A stretch of 24,164 bases of DNA from Candidatus Aerophobota bacterium (GCA_021163905.1 JAGGTG010000211.1:1-24164); one strand, 5' to 3'; counted from the stretch's first letter, positions 1-8,764 are shown. Numbers and translations: made by a program. Notes: generated by a model not told the origin, from the letters alone.

Positions 1-51
1 CTCATCTTCTCGCCAAAAAGAGGGTTTCCTTTGGGATACCCAGGAGCCCTT

Positions 52-96
52 TAAACCAAATACACCAAATAGACGAAATAGACGAGATAATAGACG
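52..96. repeat. Degenerate 9-bp tandem repeat array
   Basis: Units TAAACCAAA, TACACCAAA, TAGACGAAA, TAGACGAGA at 52-87, then TAATAGACG. AAATAGACG is exact at 67-75 and 76-84. Confidence 0.6.
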
Positions 97-173
97 TTTT
101 TCAGGGCAGCCCTGAATTTTTCCCGAAACTGGAGATGCATCTTTTAAATTTATTTTTCTTTTAAACCAATCTG

Positions 174-182
174 TGCTATAAT
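174..182 (+). promoter_or_regulatory. Extended -10 promoter (TGcTATAAT) for the flavoprotein gene
   Basis: TG-C-TATAAT at 174-182, 36 nt before ATG 219. No good -35. AAAGGA-type SD lies just upstream of the ATG. Confidence 0.55.
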
Positions 183-218
183 TTCTACAAAGACCCTGAA
201 TTTTTTTAGAAAAGGAAA

Positions 219-815
219 ATGGCTGTACAGGTAAAAATGGCTTTGGTGATATATGGAAGTCCCAGAAAAAATGGAAATACAGATATTTTACTTAAGTGGG
301 TAATTAAAGGAATAAAAAATAAGGATAAAAATATAAGGATAGATGAAATTTACCTTCGCGATCTTAATATTTCTCCCTGCAGGGAATGCAGGGAATGTGA
401 TAAGACCGGTCAATGTGTGGTAGATGATGATATGCAAAAAATATATGTCAAATTATTATCTGCAGATTATTTAATCTTAGCATCACCTATATTTTTTTAC
501 AGTGTAACAGCTCAAACAAAAGCTATGATTGATAGATCTCAGGCTCTCTGGGCCAGAAAATATCTTCTTAAAAAGGGGATTGAAAAAGAAATTAAACAAA
601 AAAGGGGGGGCTGGTTTATATCCGTCGGAGCTACCTATGGAAGCAAATTGTTTGATGGAGTAATCCTTACCGTTAGGTATTTTTTTGATGTATTGGACAT
701 TCCTTACAGAGGAAATCTACTTATAAGAGGAATAGATAATAAAGGAGAGATATTAGTTAATCCTGTATATTTATCTTCTGCTTATAATCTGGGAAGGAAG
801 ATCGCCTCTTCCTGA
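219..815 (+). CDS. Iron-sulfur flavoprotein / NAD(P)H-dependent FMN reductase (flavodoxin-like fold)
   Basis: FMN-binding GSPRKNGNT, compact Cys motif CRECRECDKTGQC (Cx2Cx2Cx5C, Isf type), LASPIFFYSVTAQTKAMIDR. Confidence 0.85.
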   Translation: MAVQVKMALVIYGSPRKNGNTDILLKWVIKGIKNKDKNIRIDEIYLRDLNISPCRECRECDKTGQCVVDDDMQKIYVKLLSADYLILASPIFFYSVTAQTKAMIDRSQALWARKYLLKKGIEKEIKQKRGGWFISVGATYGSKLFDGVILTVRYFFDVLDIPYRGNLLIRGIDNKGEILVNPVYLSSAYNLGRKIASS

Positions 816-824
816 AATCTGAAA

Positions 825-880
825 TTGAGATACTCTCGGATAGATTCTATCTCAAAAAATTACCCGAGCATCTCAAAAAA
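825..880. promoter_or_regulatory. Candidate operator array upstream of the glycan cluster
   Basis: TTGAGATA (825-832) is inverted against TATCTCAA (848-855). ATCTCAAAAAA is a direct repeat at 849-859 and 870-880, a 21-bp period. Confidence 0.35.
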
Positions 881-891
881 GAAAGTTATTC

Positions 892-919
892 TTGTTTTCT
901 TAACCTTATTTGATATAAT
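892..919 (+). promoter_or_regulatory. Sigma70-type promoter of the glycosyltransferase cluster
   Basis: TTGTTT (892-897), 16 nt, TATAAT (914-919) with extended TG at 911-912. Confidence 0.55.
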
Positions 920-951
920 TTTTTCTGTTTAGAATTTTAAATCATCCCGGG

Positions 952-2058
952 GTGAAAAAGTTGAAACCTACAATAGCCTGTTTCTTGAGAAACTACCTTC
1001 CATTTTCAGAAACCTTTATCTATGACGAAATAACCAATATCAAGAATTTTCATTTAATTATACTTACAGAAAAGACAACCGATAGGGTAAATTTCCCCTA
1101 TCCTGAAATTTATACCCTTCCCGAAAAACCCTTTTTTAAGAAAATACAAAGTACCAGCTTACTTCAGAACATCCTTATAAAAAACAAGGTAAAATTGGTT
1201 CATGCTCGATTTGGATGGGGTGGAATAAGAATGCGAAAATTATGCAAAAAGCTAAATATTCCTCTTATAACTACATTTTACGGTATAGACGCATCACGCC
1301 TCCCAAGGCACTTTTTTTACAGGTATAATCTGAAAAAACTCTTTCAGGATGGAAAGATCTTTTTAGTCCGGTCAAATAATATGAGAGACGATATTATAAG
1401 ATTGGGATGTCCGGAAGAAAAGGTAATAGTCCTTTACGGGGGAGTTGACCTGAAAAAATTTAAATTAAAAAAGAGAGTAAAAAAAGAAAAAATTAAGATA
1501 ATTATGTGCGGAAGATTTGTGGAAAAGAAAGGATTCGAATATGGAATAAGGGCATTTGCAAAAATAACCAGAGATCATAAAAATACACTTATGTATATAA
1601 TTGGAGATGGTAAACTGCGCGAAAAGTTGAAAGAACTTACCATCTCATTAAATATATCATCAAAGATAAAATTTCTGGGAGTTTTACCTCACAGAGAAGT
1701 ACAAAAGCAAATGGAGGAATCTGATATTCTCTTAGCTCCCAGCATTACAGCAAAAAATGGAGATAAGGAAGGAATCCCTACAGTTATAAAAGAAGCAATG
1801 GCAACGGGTCTGCCGGTTGTATCCACCTACCACGCGGGGATTCCCGAACTGGTAAAAGATGGGGAAACAGGTTTTTTAGTTGCAGAAAAAGATGTTGAGG
1901 CTATAACAGAAAAAATCAGCTACTTGATAACTCATCCAGATATTGCTATTCTGATGGGAGAAAAAGGCAGGAAAGTGGTGGAGGAAAAATTTAACCTTTT
2001 TATCCAGATGAAAAAACTGGAAAGATTATACGGCAGACTGATTAACAACAACGGCTGA
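952..2058 (+). CDS. GT4 glycosyltransferase (WcaL-like)
   Basis: HARFG, GRFVEKKG and the EX7E motif EGIPTVIKEAMATGLPVVSTYHAGIPELV. GTG start. Confidence 0.9.
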   Translation: MKKLKPTIACFLRNYLPFSETFIYDEITNIKNFHLIILTEKTTDRVNFPYPEIYTLPEKPFFKKIQSTSLLQNILIKNKVKLVHARFGWGGIRMRKLCKKLNIPLITTFYGIDASRLPRHFFYRYNLKKLFQDGKIFLVRSNNMRDDIIRLGCPEEKVIVLYGGVDLKKFKLKKRVKKEKIKIIMCGRFVEKKGFEYGIRAFAKITRDHKNTLMYIIGDGKLREKLKELTISLNISSKIKFLGVLPHREVQKQMEESDILLAPSITAKNGDKEGIPTVIKEAMATGLPVVSTYHAGIPELVKDGETGFLVAEKDVEAITEKISYLITHPDIAILMGEKGRKVVEEKFNLFIQMKKLERLYGRLINNNG

Positions 2059-2061
2059 AAA

Positions 2062-2982
2062 ATGGATGTAAGTATTGTTATTCCCACTTATAATCGAAAA
2101 AAAGTTTTAAAAAGATGCCTGGAACTTCTCTTTGCTCAAAATTATCCCAAGGATAAATACGAGATAATTTTGGTTGACGATGGATCAACCGATGGAACAG
2201 ATAAAATGGTCGCCTCCTTAAACCCTCCCTGTAAGTTTACATATCTTTACCAGGAAAGGAAAGGGCCTCATATTGCCCGTAATCTTGGAATAACTCATGC
2301 TGAAGGTGAGATAGTTATATTTATTGACTCAGACATACTCTGTCCTCCAGACCTTATATCAGAACATATAAAATATCACAACAGGTTTAAAGATGTAATC
2401 GTTAGTGGACCTGAAACAAGAACATCTGATCTTTACGATAAGTTTCAGGACATTGAAAAAAGAAAATTCAAAAAATTCTGGGATCTATCAGGTCCCTCTT
2501 TTATTACATCTAATCTGTCGGTAAAGAGAAAATACCTTATCAGGATAGGTGGGTTTGATGAAGAATTTGAAGGTATGGGATGGCATGACTGGGATCTTGG
2601 GTTAAGATTGACAAAACTCGGTCTTATACCAAAGAGAAACCTTAATGCAATAGTTTACCACTACAAAGAAAAAAGAGAACTAACAACCCTATCAGAACTT
2701 ATTCAAAAAAGAATTCAGAGAGGAAAAAATGCCGTTTTGTATTATAAAAAGCATCCATCCCTTAAGATTAAACTTGGAATAAGGGTGCACCATCTTATTA
2801 AAGATAAACTGCTGTGGTGGCTTGATAGTTCTCTTGGAGATAAAATTACCAACTGGGCAATAAAAAATAATGAAAAATTTTTACTTAACCTGCTTATTCA
2901 GTGGAAATTAGATAAAGCTTATGCCAGGGGATTAAGGGAGGGAATGAAAAAATACAAAATAAAACTTTTGCCATGGATGTAA
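2062..2982 (+). CDS. GT2 glycosyltransferase (paralogue 1)
   Basis: VSIVIPTYNR, VDDGSTDGT, DXD (FIDSD), GGFDEEF, GWHDWDLG. Confidence 0.9.
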   Translation: MDVSIVIPTYNRKKVLKRCLELLFAQNYPKDKYEIILVDDGSTDGTDKMVASLNPPCKFTYLYQERKGPHIARNLGITHAEGEIVIFIDSDILCPPDLISEHIKYHNRFKDVIVSGPETRTSDLYDKFQDIEKRKFKKFWDLSGPSFITSNLSVKRKYLIRIGGFDEEFEGMGWHDWDLGLRLTKLGLIPKRNLNAIVYHYKEKRELTTLSELIQKRIQRGKNAVLYYKKHPSLKIKLGIRVHHLIKDKLLWWLDSSLGDKITNWAIKNNEKFLLNLLIQWKLDKAYARGLREGMKKYKIKLLPWM

Positions 2983-3902
2983 GTGTAGTCATTGCTACTT
3001 ATAATCGAAAAAACATTTTGGGAAAATGCCTGGAATGTTTATTTAACCAGGATTATCCCAGGGATAGATATCAGATAGTTGTGGTTGATGATGGGTCAAC
3101 TGATGGAACAGATAGGATGGTAAAACAAAAAAAAGATAAATGTAAGTGTAGCTTAATTTACTCCCAAAGTCATCAAAGAGAGGGACAAAGTAAGGCCAGA
3201 AATAAAGGTATTCTTTTATCAGAGGGAAAAGTGATAATTTTTATTGACAGTGACAGCTTAGCTCCTCCCTGGTTTATTAAAGAACACCTAAGGATGTATA
3301 AGGATAATCCCAACATAATTGTAGATGGACCAGCTATAACTGTAACAGGGGAAAATAACCTCATAAATCCCCCTTTTTACTCGCCACTTATAAGAACTCT
3401 TGCTTTTTTTGATTTTAGAGGAGCTGTATTTATCACCGCCAATACATCTTGTCTTAAAGAAAATTTAATTAAGGCGGGAAAGTTTGATGAAGAATTCGGA
3501 AAAGGATTTGGATGGCTTGATCGTGAACTTGGTTTAAGGTTAATAAAAATGGGACTTAAAAGAGTAAAAAATAGAAGAGCCTATGTTTTGCACTATCAGA
3601 TTGAAAAGAAAAATTTAACCTCTCTTGCAAAAAAACGTAAAGATAGGGGGGAAAATGCCATTTTATACTACAAAAAACACCCTGTCAAAAAGGTAAAAAA
3701 AGAAGCCCGTTTCCATTATCTTTTCTATGATAAAATTTTAAATAAGCTGGGATGGACAGAAAAATACCTTACAGAAAAATACCTTTCCTTTCTTTACCAG
3801 AAAAAAAGTATCCGGTATCCTTTGTTTAAAAAATTTTATCTCATCCACTGTTATGCTGAAGGGTTAAAAAGTGGAATTGAAAAATATAAGGTAAAACTTT
3901 AA
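2973..3902 (+). CDS. GT2 glycosyltransferase (paralogue 2)
   Basis: VSVVIATYNR, VDDGSTDGT, FIDSD, GKFDEEF, GWLDRELG. Overlaps paralogue 1 by 10 nt. Confidence 0.9.
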   Translation: MDVSVVIATYNRKNILGKCLECLFNQDYPRDRYQIVVVDDGSTDGTDRMVKQKKDKCKCSLIYSQSHQREGQSKARNKGILLSEGKVIIFIDSDSLAPPWFIKEHLRMYKDNPNIIVDGPAITVTGENNLINPPFYSPLIRTLAFFDFRGAVFITANTSCLKENLIKAGKFDEEFGKGFGWLDRELGLRLIKMGLKRVKNRRAYVLHYQIEKKNLTSLAKKRKDRGENAILYYKKHPVKKVKKEARFHYLFYDKILNKLGWTEKYLTEKYLSFLYQKKSIRYPLFKKFYLIHCYAEGLKSGIEKYKVKL

Positions 3903-3935
3903 GGAAAAAACACAAAGTAAAGGGTAAAATAAAAA

Positions 3936-4850
3936 ATGATCGATGTATCTATTATAATTCCAACTTATAACCGGAGATATATACTTGAAAAATGTCTTAA
4001 GGCCCTTTTTAATCAGGTATATCCTAAAGATAGATATGAAATAATCCTGGTTGACGATGGGTCAACTGATGGAACAGATAGGATGGTTGCCTCTTTAAAT
4101 CCTCCCTGCCGATTAAAATACCTGAAAAATGAAAAAAGAATAGGCCAGCCAAAGTCAAGGAATAAAGCTATAAGAGAGGCAAGAGGAGAGGTCATCATTT
4201 CTACTGACAGCGATATTATAGTTGTGCCTGATTTTATATCTCAACATATAAGCTTTCACAAAAAATACAAAGATATCATGGTTAAGGGAGAGCTAATTCA
4301 GATATCTAACCTTAATCAAGTGGGGAAAAAGAAAAAGGGTATCCTGGATATATCCTTTTCTTCTTTTGATACAGCTAATGTATCTGTGAGAAAAGAACAC
4401 TTAATAAAAGTGGGGGGATTTGATGAAGACTTTCTTCCCTATGGCTTCGAAGATCTGGAACTTGGATATAGACTTAGAAAATTGGGGCTTAAACCAAAGA
4501 AAAACCCCCTTGCCCTGGGTTATCACTATAAACCCCTTGAGAAAATTTTTAACCCGGATACTCTGTATGAGAGAGAAAAAATGAGAGGGATGAATGCAGC
4601 GCTTTACTGGAAGAAACATCCCACTTTAAAGGTAAAACTCACCACCCAGGGTAACCCTCTTTTTGCCCTTTCCTTTATAGGTAAATATCTGGCTGAAACA
4701 GAAAGGGGGAAAAAAATATTTTCCCGCATGAAGGGGAACAAAAAATTATTTATGTTCTTATCCCAGATAATTGGATATCACTACTACCTGGAAGGATTAA
4801 AAAAAGGGAAAACAAAAAATGAAAAGGATTTTAAAAAAAATATTAGATGA
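3936..4850 (+). CDS. GT2 glycosyltransferase (paralogue 3)
   Basis: VSIIIPTYNR, VDDGSTDGT, STDSD, GGFDEDF, GFEDLELG. Confidence 0.9.
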   Translation: MIDVSIIIPTYNRRYILEKCLKALFNQVYPKDRYEIILVDDGSTDGTDRMVASLNPPCRLKYLKNEKRIGQPKSRNKAIREARGEVIISTDSDIIVVPDFISQHISFHKKYKDIMVKGELIQISNLNQVGKKKKGILDISFSSFDTANVSVRKEHLIKVGGFDEDFLPYGFEDLELGYRLRKLGLKPKKNPLALGYHYKPLEKIFNPDTLYEREKMRGMNAALYWKKHPTLKVKLTTQGNPLFALSFIGKYLAETERGKKIFSRMKGNKKLFMFLSQIIGYHYYLEGLKKGKTKNEKDFKKNIR

Positions 4851-5997
4851 ATCCTTGGGGTTGTTTATTTTTTTTCTTCCCTGGCTGCCAATATTTGCTT
4901 ATTTAAGTATTATTCCCTCTTTCTGGAAGGGGATAAGAAAGATAAATTTCAAAAAAAATCCTCCTTTCAAATTATTTTTCTTTGACTATGCTCTTATCAG
5001 TTTTTTTTTAGCAGTATCCTTTTCCGTAATTTTTTCAACATTTAAGATCTTAAGTCTTGGTGCCTTTGTCCTCTTTATTCTTTACCTTGCAATTTGTCTT
5101 TTAACAAGAGAGGCAGCAAGAAACGGTAAGAGCTCGGAATTAGTCAAGTGGTTTTTTTATTCTGGTTTAATAGTTATCTTTTTTGGGATTCTGCAGTATA
5201 TATTAAAATTAAGAATAAACATAAAGTATTTTATCTTTAACTTTCATCTATCCACAAACGGGGGTATTACATCTACCCTGGGAAATCCAAATCGTCTTGC
5301 CGAGTATTTATTATTACTTTTGCCTCTGGTTATTGCCCGTTTTCTCTATCAGGATATTAAAGGGAAAATAATATCCGGAATCTTAGTAGGAGGGGGAGTT
5401 TTTTTATTGTTTTTAACCAGATCAGTGGGAGGTGTGGGAGCGTTGACTGCAGTTATCTTGATATTTATATTCTTAAAAAATCGGAAGATGGGAATAGCAG
5501 TTTTTATTGTTCTTGTTATTTTTTTCTTTTTAAATTACAAACTAATTCTGGAATTTATTAATCAAAACAGCTCTCTTAATCAGAGAATCCAGGGATGGGA
5601 AAATATAGCTTTTCCATTGATAAAAGACCATTTTTTATTGGGAAGCGGGCTCGCCACATACCGTAAGATCTCCTATCATTACTCCTCTTCTGCGTATATT
5701 CCTCACTCTCATGCCCACAGTATCTATCTTAACTATTTATGTGAGATAGGAATTTTAGGAGCAAGTACTCTTTTTCTATCTATTGGAGTATTTATTAAAA
5801 AGTGCCTTACTCTGTTTCATAGAAAATCCTTTTTCGTAGCAAATGGGATCCTAATTGGGTTTTTCCTGGCTATTTTAGGAGCGCTGATCTATGGAACAGT
5901 AGAAACCTTTATCGACTATTTCCAGCTTGGACTTTTATTCTGGGCAATAATAGGAATGGGGGTAGGAACAATAGAGCGCATTGAAAGAAGAACGTAA
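4819..5997 (+). CDS. O-antigen ligase-family (WaaL/Wzy_C-like) polytopic membrane protein
   Basis: About 10-12 hydrophobic segments, STLGNPNRLA, LFLTRS.GG, loop SS..QR..GW and HAHSIYLNYLCEIGILG with the conserved His. Confidence 0.85.
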   Translation: MKRILKKILDESLGLFIFFLPWLPIFAYLSIIPSFWKGIRKINFKKNPPFKLFFFDYALISFFLAVSFSVIFSTFKILSLGAFVLFILYLAICLLTREAARNGKSSELVKWFFYSGLIVIFFGILQYILKLRINIKYFIFNFHLSTNGGITSTLGNPNRLAEYLLLLLPLVIARFLYQDIKGKIISGILVGGGVFLLFLTRSVGGVGALTAVILIFIFLKNRKMGIAVFIVLVIFFFLNYKLILEFINQNSSLNQRIQGWENIAFPLIKDHFLLGSGLATYRKISYHYSSSAYIPHSHAHSIYLNYLCEIGILGASTLFLSIGVFIKKCLTLFHRKSFFVANGILIGFFLAILGALIYGTVETFIDYFQLGLLFWAIIGMGVGTIERIERRT

Positions 5998-5998
5998 A

Positions 5999-7213
5999 AT
6001 GATAAAGGACAGTCCCTCAAATATCTCCAGAGAAAAAAACATCCTGTTCTTATCTAATGGGTATGGAGAAGATGCAATTGCTACCTCCATTGTTGAAAAT
6101 CTTTTAAAGAAAAACCCTTTCTTAAAAATTAAAGCTTTTCCTCTGGTAGGAGAAGGAAAATCTTACTCATCCTTCCCTGTTGAAGTTTTCTCTTCTCATA
6201 TAAAGCTTCCCAGTGAAGGGTTTATCAGGAATCGTCCCCTTTACCTTTTGAAGGATATAAAAGCAGGGCTTTTTAAAAAAATACTTACCTATACTTTTAA
6301 CCTTTATAAAGAGGCAAAAGGGGGGGAATTAACTGTAGTAGTAGGAGATACATTCCTGCTTTTTCTTGCAGGTCTATCTGTAAGGTCTCCCATTGTTTTT
6401 CTACCAACTTCTAAGTCAAATTATAAAAGGGGACATCTTACAATTGAGAGATACCTTATGAAAAAATTCTGTCAATTGGTTCTTACAAGAGATAAGCTAA
6501 CAGCTGAATCTTTAAAGAAAGTAGGAATTAAAGCAATGTACATGGGAAATATCATGATGGACTGTTTAAAGATAACAGGAGAAGATTTTGGACTATCACC
6601 TAAGGATAAAGTGGTGGGAATCTTACCTGGAAGTAGAAGAGAAGCCTATACCAATATAAAAGTTATTCTACAGAGTATAGAAATTATTAATAAAAAATCA
6701 CCTCTGCCGGTAAAATATCTACTTGCTATCTCCCCTTCCTTAAATATTACAAATTTAGGTGAAGCTATCGTCTCTCAGGGATGGAAAATAACTGACTCAT
6801 CGGATAAGGATAAAAAAAGAGGCATTATAGCTTATCTTTCTCACTTTAATAATTTAAAGATCCCTGTGATAAGCGGAAAATTCGGCGATGTTTTAAATAA
6901 ATCCCAGGTTATAATAGGTCTATCAGGCACCGGGAATGAACAGGCAGCAGGAATGGGAAAACCAGTTGTAGCTTTCCCGGGTAAAGGTCCTCAGATAACC
7001 AAGAGATTCTTAGAGCTACAAAGTAAAATGTTAGGAGGAGCAGTAATTGTAAAGCCAAAGGATCCCTTTCAAATAGCCGAAGAGTTAATAGATCTTCTTA
7101 ACAATCCCTTAAGAAGAGAAAAAATAGGGAAAATAGGGAAAAACAGAATGGGACCTCCCGGAGGATCAGAGAAAGTTGCCAGTTTTTTAATTGAAGAGTT
7201 CAACCTTTACTAA
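5999..7213 (+). CDS. Lipid-A-disaccharide-synthase (LpxB)-related GT-B protein, TIGR03492-like
   Basis: LFLSNGYGED, GNIMMD, GILPGSRREA, IGLSGTGNEQAAGMGKPVVAFPGKGPQ. Start placed at ATG 5999 rather than track TTG 5981. Confidence 0.75.
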   Translation: MIKDSPSNISREKNILFLSNGYGEDAIATSIVENLLKKNPFLKIKAFPLVGEGKSYSSFPVEVFSSHIKLPSEGFIRNRPLYLLKDIKAGLFKKILTYTFNLYKEAKGGELTVVVGDTFLLFLAGLSVRSPIVFLPTSKSNYKRGHLTIERYLMKKFCQLVLTRDKLTAESLKKVGIKAMYMGNIMMDCLKITGEDFGLSPKDKVVGILPGSRREAYTNIKVILQSIEIINKKSPLPVKYLLAISPSLNITNLGEAIVSQGWKITDSSDKDKKRGIIAYLSHFNNLKIPVISGKFGDVLNKSQVIIGLSGTGNEQAAGMGKPVVAFPGKGPQITKRFLELQSKMLGGAVIVKPKDPFQIAEELIDLLNNPLRREKIGKIGKNRMGPPGGSEKVASFLIEEFNLY

Positions 7214-8064
7214 AACACCGATTTTATCCTCATATTATCTATAAGTCTCGTTTTTCCAATTTTAACTGCAACAGCAACAAGAACCTCCCCCCTTATCCTT
7301 TTTACCGGTTTTAAACTTACAGGATCAACAATAGCAATATAATCAATTTTAGCAAGAGGTTCCTCTAAAATTAAATCCTCCATGGAAGATATTATACAGG
7401 ATGGATTATCTTCTCCATCCTGTATTTCCGTCTTTGCCCTCAAAAGGGATTGATATAAAACTTTTGCCGCCCTTCTTTCCTCTTTACTTAAATACCTGTT
7501 CCTCGAACTACAGGCAAGCCCATCTATCTCTCTAATAGTTGGCGCAAGTACAATTTCTACAGGTATATTTAAATCATCAACCAGTTTCTTTACAACTAAA
7601 GCCTGTTGATAGTCTTTCTCTCCAAAATAACTACAATCAGGAATTACAATGTTGAAAAGCTTGGTAAGAACAGTAGTTACTCCTCTGAAATGCCCTGGAC
7701 GGTGAGCCCCCTCAAGAGTTTCGGTGAGGTTGCCTTTTACCTCAACCCATGTAGAAAAATTCTCAGGATACATCTCTTCAACAGACGGAGCAAAAACTAC
7801 ATCTACTCCTTCCCTCTCGCACAACCTGACATCACTTTCCAGATCCCGGGGATATCTATCAAAATCCTCTCCTGGGCCAAATTGGGTAGGATTGACAAAA
7901 ATACTTACCACTACCCGATCGCATTCTTCTCTTGCCTTTCTAATTAAAGAAAGATGCCCCTGGTGTAAAGCTCCCATGGTGGGAACAAAACCGATTTTCT
8001 TACCTTTTAATTTCTCCTCCCGGGAGTAGTTTTTCATTATATTTATTTTTTTTATTATTTTCAT
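7210..8064 (-). CDS. panC: Pantoate-beta-alanine ligase
   Basis: GFVPTMGALHQGH (HxGH), VSIFVNPTQF, RPGHFRGV, FGEKDYQQ, GLACSSRN, RLIDN. Confidence 0.97.
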   Translation of the reverse strand: MKIIKKINIMKNYSREEKLKGKKIGFVPTMGALHQGHLSLIRKAREECDRVVVSIFVNPTQFGPGEDFDRYPRDLESDVRLCEREGVDVVFAPSVEEMYPENFSTWVEVKGNLTETLEGAHRPGHFRGVTTVLTKLFNIVIPDCSYFGEKDYQQALVVKKLVDDLNIPVEIVLAPTIREIDGLACSSRNRYLSKEERRAAKVLYQSLLRAKTEIQDGEDNPSCIISSMEDLILEEPLAKIDYIAIVDPVSLKPVKRIRGEVLVAVAVKIGKTRLIDNMRIKSVF

Positions 8065-8764
8065 TTTTACTTCCTTCTTTAATTAATCTTGCTATATTTT
8101 TTCTACAGATTGCTTTTATACCAGGATCCTCTGTAGAAATATAGATTTTTCCCCATTGAGAAATAGCCTTATCAATCTGTCCATCCTTCTCATAGGCATA
8201 GGCCAGGATTCTATCAAGAATCGGGGGATGTCCTTTAAGTTGAAGGGCTTTTTTAATTCCCTCTATAGCTTTTTTATATTCTTTTGTTTTAAAAAGTCTA
8301 ATTGTAAAATCCCGGTATAGCCAAAGCTCAAATGCCCGGGTATTATTGGATATTCCCTCATTTAAAAGATCAACTGCTGTATCAATATATCCAAGCTCAT
8401 CAAAAACAAGAGCTCCAAAATAATAACCAGGAACAAAATGTGGAGATATAGTAACTGTTGCCCTGATAACAGGATAAACCATTTTAAACTTTCTCTCCCT
8501 TGGAAGCTCCCAGTCTCCAAAGTACTGAATTGCCTGAAGAAATAAAAAATCAGTTGCGACCTCTCCAAACCCAAGCATAACTGACATTCCTGCTATGGTT
8601 GCCTCCCTCGGATTCTCCTCGGAAAGATAACCAACCACTTTTCTCAAGGAAACAGAGGGAACATTTTCTTTAATATTTGCCTCAATTAAAACCTTACAGA
8701 TAAAAAGAGCAGTTAAAATAAAAAGCAAAAAGGCGGTACTTTTCAAAAAATAAATTTTCTGCAT
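8000..8764 (-). CDS. Membrane-anchored/exported TPR-like protein
   Basis: N-terminal hydrophobic segment, LGF..ATDFLFLQAIQYFG block, and helical repeats (AVDLLNEG, YKKAIEGIKKAL, AYAYEKDGQIDKAISQW). 3' end overlaps the panC start by 65 nt. Confidence 0.6.
   Translation of the reverse strand: MQKIYFLKSTAFLLFILTALFICKVLIEANIKENVPSVSLRKVVGYLSEENPREATIAGMSVMLGFGEVATDFLFLQAIQYFGDWELPRERKFKMVYPVIRATVTISPHFVPGYYFGALVFDELGYIDTAVDLLNEGISNNTRAFELWLYRDFTIRLFKTKEYKKAIEGIKKALQLKGHPPILDRILAYAYEKDGQIDKAISQWGKIYISTEDPGIKAICRKNIARLIKEGSKNENNKKNKYNEKLLPGGEIKR

Noticed and set aside
1-20. Possible start of a divergent minus-strand gene (CAT at 3-5)
   Set aside because: Too little sequence and no clear SD.
378-395. 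TGCAGGGAA tandem duplicate
   Set aside because: It simply encodes the CRE-CRE Fe-S motif.
5001-5009. T9 tract in the ligase gene (also A8 at 4833 and 4951, G7 at 604) as phase-variation sites
   Set aside because: The frames are intact and such runs are expected in AT-rich DNA. Read-level length variation would be needed.
5981-5998. Track TTG start for the LpxB-like gene
   Set aside because: ATG 5999 directly after the ligase stop is more parsimonious.
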